Below are positions 58,326 to 64,000 of a stretch of 64,000 nt of DNA, one piece after another; the first letter of the stretch is position 1, and every line of letters starts with the position of its first letter. Source of the stretch: Sphingomonadales bacterium (GTDB taxonomy: Bacteria > Pseudomonadota > Alphaproteobacteria > Sphingomonadales > Sphingomonadaceae); assembly GCA_031374785.1 (NCBI GenBank), contig JANMGR010000141.1, forward strand, positions 1,543 through 65,542, read 5' to 3'. The notes beneath the pieces were generated by a model. That model ran no database searches. It was not told where the DNA came from and was given only the letters and a program-made list of their open reading frames with translations. The translations under genes and the position numbers were made by a program.

Positions 58326-59618
58326 ATGAAGATGGCAGAAAACGCTGCGACTTTGATTATCGATAATAAGGCAATCGAATTGCCGATCATCACCGGAACA
58401 GTGGGGCCGGATGTAATTGATATCCGCAAATTATATGCGCAGACCGACCATTTTACTTTCGATCCAGGATTCACGTCAACTGCAAGCTGCGAATCACAGC
58501 TAACGTATATCGATGGCGATGAAGGCATTTTGCTGCATCGCGGCTATTCGATTGAACAGCTGTCCGAAGAATCTAGCTTCATGGAAGTTTCCTATCTGTT
58601 GTTGAACGGAGAGCTGCCTTCAAAGGCCGAACTGGATGATTTCAGCTACACCATCTCGCGCCACACAATGCTGCATGAACAGCTTGCTCAATTCTACCGC
58701 GGGTTCCGCCGCGATGCGCATCCGATGGCGATTATGTGCGGTGTGGTCGGCGCGCTTTCGGCCTTTTATCATGATTCAACCGACATTTCCGATCCGCATC
58801 AACGCACGATCGCCAGCCACCGCTTGATCGCAAAGATGCCGACGATTGCGGCAATGGCCTACAAATACTCGGTCGGTCAGCCGTTCATGTACCCCGACAA
58901 CAACCTATCCTACACCGGCAATTTTCTGCGCATGACCTTTGGCGTTCCTGCGGAGAAATACGAGGTGAACCCTATCGTTGAACAGGCGCTGGACCGTATT
59001 TTCACGCTTCACGCTGATCACGAACAAAATGCGTCGACATCGACAGTGCGCCTTGCCGGGTCTTCGGGTGCGAACCCGTTCGCGTGTGTTGCTGCGGGTA
59101 TTGCTTGCCTTTGGGGCCCTGCACATGGCGGCGCAAACGAAGCGGCGCTTAACATGCTACGCGAAATTGGCACGCCGGACAAAATCCCGCATTACATAGC
59201 GCGCGCGAAAGACAAGAACGATCCGTTCCGCCTGATGGGATTTGGTCACCGCGTTTATAAAAATTACGACCCGCGCGCGACAGTGATGCAAAAAACCGTG
59301 CGTGAGGTATTAACCGCTCTCAACGTGACCGACCCGATTTTTGAAGTTGCGATGCAGTTAGAAGACATGGCGCTAAGTGATCCGTATTTCATTGAGAAAA
59401 AGTTGTTCCCGAATGTCGATTTCTATTCGGGCATCATCCTATCTGCCATTGGCTTCCCAACCACTATGTTCACTGTGTTGTTCGCATTGGCGCGGACAGT
59501 GGGCTGGGTCGCGCAGTGGAACGAGATGATTTCCGACCCCGGGCAGAAAATCGGTCGTCCACGTCAGCTTTATACCGGGCCGGCACAGCGTGATTACCAG
59601 CCGGTCGATAAACGCTAA
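58326..59618 (+). CDS. gltA: citrate synthase (type II)
   Basis: [22 protein letters not shown] and the conserved C-terminus are present, 430 aa. Confidence 0.97.
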   Translation: MKMAENAATLIIDNKAIELPIITGTVGPDVIDIRKLYAQTDHFTFDPGFTSTASCESQLTYIDGDEGILLHRGYSIEQLSEESSFMEVSYLLLNGELPSKAELDDFSYTISRHTMLHEQLAQFYRGFRRDAHPMAIMCGVVGALSAFYHDSTDISDPHQRTIASHRLIAKMPTIAAMAYKYSVGQPFMYPDNNLSYTGNFLRMTFGVPAEKYEVNPIVEQALDRIFTLHADHEQNASTSTVRLAGSSGANPFACVAAGIACLWGPAHGGANEAALNMLREIGTPDKIPHYIARAKDKNDPFRLMGFGHRVYKNYDPRATVMQKTVREVLTALNVTDPIFEVAMQLEDMALSDPYFIEKKLFPNVDFYSGIILSAIGFPTTMFTVLFALARTVGWVAQWNEMISDPGQKIGRPRQLYTGPAQRDYQPVDKR

Positions 59619-60955
59619 CGCGCTGGCAGCGTCAGGCGGAAAAGTGCCCCTCCTCCCGGCGCGTCAGTAACGATTAAATCGCCCGCCATCGCACGCGCCA
59701 GTCTGCGCGATATAAATAGCCCAAGGCCGCTGCCGCCATCACCGCTGCGGCCGAGGCGTTCAAATTTCTCGAACACGCGCTCACGGTCGTCTTCTGGCAC
59801 GCCTTGGCCTTGGTCAAGGACGCTGATTGCTGCAAAATCTGCCTGTTTCTCAATGGATATCGTCACAATGCTACCCCCAGGTGCGTAACGGACGGCATTG
59901 CCGACCAGATTGAGCATTATCTGCAGGACGCGGCGGAACTCGCCAATTGCCGAAACTTTCTCAGTCTCTTGTGGCAGAACCAGCGATATGCCGTGATCCG
60001 AAGCTTTCAGCGCAAGCAATCCGCCAACCCTGCGCGCGATATCGCCAAGCTCCAACCGGTCGCGCGCTGCCGAAAAGTCGGGGCGATCAATTGCGTCCAA
60101 ATCTTCCATATCCGACACCAGCTCTGTCAGATGGCGCGCTGCATTGGCGATATCTTGCGCATATTCGGCATAGTTATCGCGCAGCGGCCCGTGGATGCGG
60201 CTGCCGATAGTTTCGGCGTTTGCAACGATGCGGTTTAGCGGCTGCTTCAAGACCGAGGCTAGTTGCCGGCTCATCGGCAGGTCGGAGCGCGCAGGCGTTG
60301 AAGGCTCGTAAGCTGCAACGTCGGCAATCGCCGTAACACGCCCAACATGCCCCAGATACCGACCATCGGAGGCCAGTTGCGGAGTCAAGTCGATTAGATA
60401 TCGCTCCTCGCTGCCAATCACACCAATTGGCACTTGCGTGATCGCACGCCGCTCGATCAACGCGTCGATCAACGGAATGCTACCTCGCGCGTCGCTTTCC
60501 ACAACGAACAGCGAGCCGAAATGCTGTCCGATGCCACGCACCGAGAATGATGACGGCAAGCGAACCACGCGTTGCTCGGAATCAATCAGAATTTCGCCGC
60601 TATCGTTCTTGTTAAGAATAACACTTTTTTCCCGCACACTTCGAGCAGTTGGCGGCAGTATGTCTCTCCAGCCTGTAATCAGCAAATCAACGCTATCGCT
60701 ATGCGGCGTTGCCATCACCCACAATTCGATGTCATTCTCTTCGTCAGCAGCACGCACAGGCCGTTCCGTACGCATTCGCGTGCGCAAAGCAGACGCTGCG
60801 AGCGCCGCAAGCCCGGGTATGGCGATCGTTTTACTGTCGCTGCCTCCCGCCAAATTGTGCAGACGCCAGATGGCCGGGTCTGCTGACACCAATTCTCCAC
60901 TGCGCGAAACGCACGCCTTGATCGGCACCGCAAGAAAGGACTGGAATTCGCTCAT
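59615..60955 (-). CDS. cytoplasmic histidine-kinase-like protein (HATPase domain intact, canonical H-box His not seen)
   Basis: N box ([10 protein letters not shown]), G1 (DQGQGV), F (FEKFERL) and G2 (GSGLGL) are present. The DHp-like segment reads [18 protein letters not shown]. No TM segments. Confidence 0.78.
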   Translation of the reverse strand: MSEFQSFLAVPIKACVSRSGELVSADPAIWRLHNLAGGSDSKTIAIPGLAALAASALRTRMRTERPVRAADEENDIELWVMATPHSDSVDLLITGWRDILPPTARSVREKSVILNKNDSGEILIDSEQRVVRLPSSFSVRGIGQHFGSLFVVESDARGSIPLIDALIERRAITQVPIGVIGSEERYLIDLTPQLASDGRYLGHVGRVTAIADVAAYEPSTPARSDLPMSRQLASVLKQPLNRIVANAETIGSRIHGPLRDNYAEYAQDIANAARHLTELVSDMEDLDAIDRPDFSAARDRLELGDIARRVGGLLALKASDHGISLVLPQETEKVSAIGEFRRVLQIMLNLVGNAVRYAPGGSIVTISIEKQADFAAISVLDQGQGVPEDDRERVFEKFERLGRSGDGGSGLGLFISRRLARAMAGDLIVTDAPGGGALFRLTLPAR

Positions 60956-61890
60956 TCCATCGCGTCCAATTTCCAGGACGCAATAGCGGCGCGCGCTTCA
61001 ACCGGGTCCAACGCTGCGTACACAGGTTGCCAGTCTGGTATAGCATTGTCCGCATTATTTCCGCGCAATGCCAGAATAATCTCGGCTACTTCGTCGGTGG
61101 ACAGGCTTTGTCCTTTAAGCAAAAGTAGCAACGGCGCTACCTGTTCGCTGCCAATCAGTCGCAACAAAAAATCGCTGCCCAAACCATAGTCCTGGTCCAG
61201 CGATGCGACGAAAAGGTTCAATCCGGATTTGCGCGGATCAGCTAACTCTTGACGATAGTCCTGGCCGAGGAAAAAGACGAGTTTCCGGGCAATTGCCAAA
61301 GGGTTTAGATCGGCATCATGTGTGGATAAAAGCGTTTGCGCCGCCTCTGACAGCTCTACATTCTCCGCCACTTTGCCTTCAAGCAACGCTGCGACGACGC
61401 GCCAGCACAGTAAGTGCAGTGTCTCGCTGTCTAGGCGCTGAAACAGCTGGCTGTTGTCCGATACAGACATTTGTTCTGCATGGAGTAGCTTGCGAGCCAT
61501 TTCCGAAAGCCGCTCGTTTTCATGAGCTAATAACACAACAGGCAATTGACCCAATACCGAAATACCGAATGCAGACTGAATGTTGGTTCGCAACGCGTCC
61601 TCGACGGTGCGCGACAATGCGAATTCGATCAAAGCCGGTTGGCGTAACAGGCCGGATGCCGAAAGTAGGCCCCAGCTTTGCGCGTGTTGCGACGTCTCAC
61701 CAAGCAATGCCTGCTCGATGCTCAAGGTGAGTGCCTGTAGTTTCAACCTCACGCGGCTTTGAAGGAGTTCTGACGGCAAATTGTTACCGCGTGGAAAAAG
61801 CACGGCCAGCAGGTCATCGCGCAGAGCATACGTCGCAAGGATTTGGCCCGTTGCCAAAGTCACAGCATCTTCAGGGTTCGCGATACCCAA
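60952..61890 (-). CDS. hypothetical helical protein
   Basis: 312-aa Leu/Ala-rich ORF. Its stop forms ATGA with the kinase start (translational coupling). I cannot assign a family with confidence. Confidence 0.6.
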   Translation of the reverse strand: MGIANPEDAVTLATGQILATYALRDDLLAVLFPRGNNLPSELLQSRVRLKLQALTLSIEQALLGETSQHAQSWGLLSASGLLRQPALIEFALSRTVEDALRTNIQSAFGISVLGQLPVVLLAHENERLSEMARKLLHAEQMSVSDNSQLFQRLDSETLHLLCWRVVAALLEGKVAENVELSEAAQTLLSTHDADLNPLAIARKLVFFLGQDYRQELADPRKSGLNLFVASLDQDYGLGSDFLLRLIGSEQVAPLLLLLKGQSLSTDEVAEIILALRGNNADNAIPDWQPVYAALDPVEARAAIASWKLDAME

Positions 61891-61959
61891 ATTGGTTTCC
61901 CGCTTTTCCGTTACGTTAAGCCTGTGATATAGGCTTTCGGGGTTAATTTGGCTTTAAGC

Positions 61960-63174
61960 TTAATCCTGTGGTGTGGGATTTTGCAGCGCGGCTAGCCGTT
62001 GCAACAACAGTCGAATAATTTCGCTTACAATCAATATTTTAACAGACCACCCAGCGTCCCCTGCAACCAATCCGACAATCAGCATTATAGATATCACAAG
62101 AGGCGATAACAGCCTGAAACTTGCGCCGCTGCTCCGGCTTGCAGAAACCAGCGACAATCCGCCAAGAGTAAGCGCCAAAAATCCAGCCTCAAAAATCGAC
62201 GGCTCGGTAACCTTCAGTGCGGCGATCAACGCGGCGGTTAAGAGTGTCCAGCCCGCCAGTCCAACCCAATCTGACCGAACGGATCTGTATTCCGCAAACC
62301 TGACTACGTTGCGGATTAGCGAGGCTAAAACCGCCCCTATCGCTGAAATAGAAGCTGCCAGCGGAAAGCCGGTCACAGCCAATAGCGCTGCCATCAATGA
62401 CATGCCAGGAAAGCTATAATCAGCGATCCCTCGCCCCCAAGGCACAGACCAAATCGCTGGTCCAAAACGCACTAGCGCTGCTGAAAACAGCTTTGATTCC
62501 AGCGTAGCTGGACCATTTACAGGGCGTGCCATCAACAGGCTTTGTGCAGCAGCAAGGCCAGCTTCATTTTCCAACCGGCGGACATGACCATCCTGAATTT
62601 CGCTTTGCTTTAGCGGCCATAGGCTGACGCCATCTTGCATCGCTTGCCGCAACAATGCCGATGCCATGTCCCAGCCTTCGGGTAATTGCGTCAGCGCGGC
62701 TAGGCTATTTCGGTCAAGAACCGCCATTCCCGCCCAGCGGCTGTTGAGATCAATCCGCTCAAACATCTGGTTTTCCGCTCGTTCCTCAACAGCGGCGATT
62801 AACGGGGCATTTTGATGCAGCGCGCGATCGATTAAATCAGCATCCCAGATTGTATCAGCACGCAGAACCAAAGCGTGTGCATCCGCAGCCATCAGCGTCG
62901 CCATAGCGCTTGGCTCGCGCACAAACCGCAACTCCAAACCTTCTTTAGCGACCATGTCGCGATAGGTCAGTAACGCTCCCGGAACTGTATCTACACCAAC
63001 GCAAAATTGCGTAATTCCGGCGCGTTGCAGTACTTTGACAGTATGATGGATCATCGGCTGACCGAACAAGGGGATCAGCGGCAAAGCCACTTCGCCCTCA
63101 GCAGGCGCCACATCGCCGATACACAGCAACGCGATTATCTTTGAATTATCTCGGGAAGCTGGTTCGTCGATCAT
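61960..63174 (-). CDS. nucleotidyltransferase-fold (degenerate) domain fused to a C-terminal multi-TM domain
   Basis: The N-terminal ~230 aa resemble sugar/MobA-type NTP-transferases (PLIPLFGQPMIHHTVKVLQRAGITQFCVGVD, LVLRADTIWD) but lack a GxGxR loop. The C-terminal ~170 aa hold 4-5 hydrophobic helices. Confidence 0.6.
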   Translation of the reverse strand: MIDEPASRDNSKIIALLCIGDVAPAEGEVALPLIPLFGQPMIHHTVKVLQRAGITQFCVGVDTVPGALLTYRDMVAKEGLELRFVREPSAMATLMAADAHALVLRADTIWDADLIDRALHQNAPLIAAVEERAENQMFERIDLNSRWAGMAVLDRNSLAALTQLPEGWDMASALLRQAMQDGVSLWPLKQSEIQDGHVRRLENEAGLAAAQSLLMARPVNGPATLESKLFSAALVRFGPAIWSVPWGRGIADYSFPGMSLMAALLAVTGFPLAASISAIGAVLASLIRNVVRFAEYRSVRSDWVGLAGWTLLTAALIAALKVTEPSIFEAGFLALTLGGLSLVSASRSSGASFRLLSPLVISIMLIVGLVAGDAGWSVKILIVSEIIRLLLQRLAALQNPTPQD

Positions 63175-63232
63175 AGCGACGGGAGGTAAAGTTTACGCGG
63201 GCGTTATTCCAGCGAAAAGCGCTTAGCTGTGC

Positions 63233-63544
63233 CTAATCGAGCGGAGCCTGCCTGATTTCGTCAAGCGCCGCAGAAAGTCGTCGAAGCACAACAGGATCGC
63301 CCGGCGCACCTTCAACAGCTTGTTCTGCAAGGGAGAGTAAATTTACAGCCTCGAAACTGGCAGCTAATCCTTTCAGACGCAGACAGCTATACTGCCAATT
63401 TGCATCACATCGTGACCGCGACATCAGGTCAATCTGGCGATGCGCGCTATCAACAAGCGCCTGTCGAAGCTCACGCACCAACGCAGCATCATCGCCAGCG
63501 GCGGCGTGCAAAGCGACTGATAGAGAGCCATGATCCATCGACAT
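63233..63544 (-). CDS. Hpt-like four-helix protein (canonical His not seen)
   Basis: 103 aa. The LRLKGLAASFEAVNLLSLAEQ segment resembles the Hpt HxLKGSAxxxGA helix. Confidence 0.5.
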   Translation of the reverse strand: MSMDHGSLSVALHAAAGDDAALVRELRQALVDSAHRQIDLMSRSRCDANWQYSCLRLKGLAASFEAVNLLSLAEQAVEGAPGDPVVLRRLSAALDEIRQAPLD

Positions 63545-63613
63545 CGAATTGCCGTAGTCCAGCTATCCTTAACTTTGCGTTTCGTTTTGTGAAAAACATG
63601 GTAAACAGTATGC

Positions 63614-64000
63614 ATGGTGGGGCATTCAAAAATCGTCGAAATCAGCCGTAATGTGCCGCCCAAGGGTGACAGCGCCCCCGTGAGCGAAGCCGAGGATGAC
63701 ATGATTACAGCCATTAAACGCGAAGAAAATGATGTGTTCATCGACAGCGACTTACCGGCTTCGACGCATACAGAAATTGAATATGCTCCTGAATATGAGG
63801 ATTATGTAGAGGCTGCTCCGCGTCGTTGGGGGCCTATGATTGCAGGATCAGCTCTCGCTTTATTGTTCATCGGCTGGACCGGATTTTGGGCATGGGCCAA
63901 TCAGGCAGAACTGCTACTTTTTGAAAATCCGGCCCGTTTGGTTGAACTGATTGGTTTATGGGCGGTTCCCGTCTCGTTGCTCGCGCTTTTCTGGTTGTTG
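63614..64000 (+). CDS. hypothetical membrane protein, truncated by the window end
   Basis: Open frame from ATG 63614 (alternative ATG 63701) to the window edge. It is not in the ORF track because it has no stop. It encodes an acidic N-terminus and then TM segments (MIAGSALALLFIGWTGFWAW, LIGLWAVPVSLLALFWLL). Confidence 0.4.
   Translation, partial: MVGHSKIVEISRNVPPKGDSAPVSEAEDDMITAIKREENDVFIDSDLPASTHTEIEYAPEYEDYVEAAPRRWGPMIAGSALALLFIGWTGFWAWANQAELLLFENPARLVELIGLWAVPVSLLALFWLL

Overview
The window looks like a mostly housekeeping chromosomal segment of an alphaproteobacterium. Supporting signs are 5-aminolevulinate synthase (HemA), GTTC-N7-GTTC LexA boxes, lexA-comEC-gltA and trpC-moaC-moeA synteny, and a ROSE-like hsp20 leader. 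Gene content would fit Sphingomonadales, but that cannot be proven here. I support about 61 CDS. I saw no rRNA, tRNA, CRISPR array or transposase. All calls come from reading motifs in the supplied translations and the DNA; no database search was run.

Recognisable blocks:
- topA-dprA-plsY, murI and hemA.
- A polyamine cluster: carboxy(nor)spermidine dehydrogenase, decarboxylase, agmatine deiminase and ornithine decarboxylase.
- ilvD, ispE and ETF-QO.
- moaB, a PA0069-type radical SAM gene and dnaE.
- gpx-lolDC, hsp20, and pyrG-secG-tpiA.
- ppiD-trpE-(insert)-trpG-trpD-(four-gene islet)-trpC-moaC-moeA.
- lexA-comEC-gltA.
- A terminal signalling-like cluster.

Most interesting observations:
1. 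A DUF559 (Vsr-like) endonuclease gene is precisely bracketed by ~64-nt hairpin-rich inverted repeats. It is inserted between two consecutive genes of the spermidine pathway, in a REP/RAYT-like architecture.
2. Two copies of a ~160-bp nested-hairpin MITE-like repeat are present. Solo hairpins of the same seed families also occur, and their right arms double as Shine-Dalgarno sequences.
3. A four-gene minus-strand cluster (59615-63544) contains a histidine kinase and an Hpt-like protein. By eye, both lack the canonical phospho-acceptor His. Between them lie a helical protein of unknown function and a degenerate nucleotidyltransferase-membrane fusion.
4. A LexA box lies in front of the SplB-like radical SAM gene.
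5. The trp operon is interrupted by an AT-rich YcxB-like ORF and by a GNAT/GNAT/LuxR/membrane islet. One of the GNAT genes has no canonical start codon.
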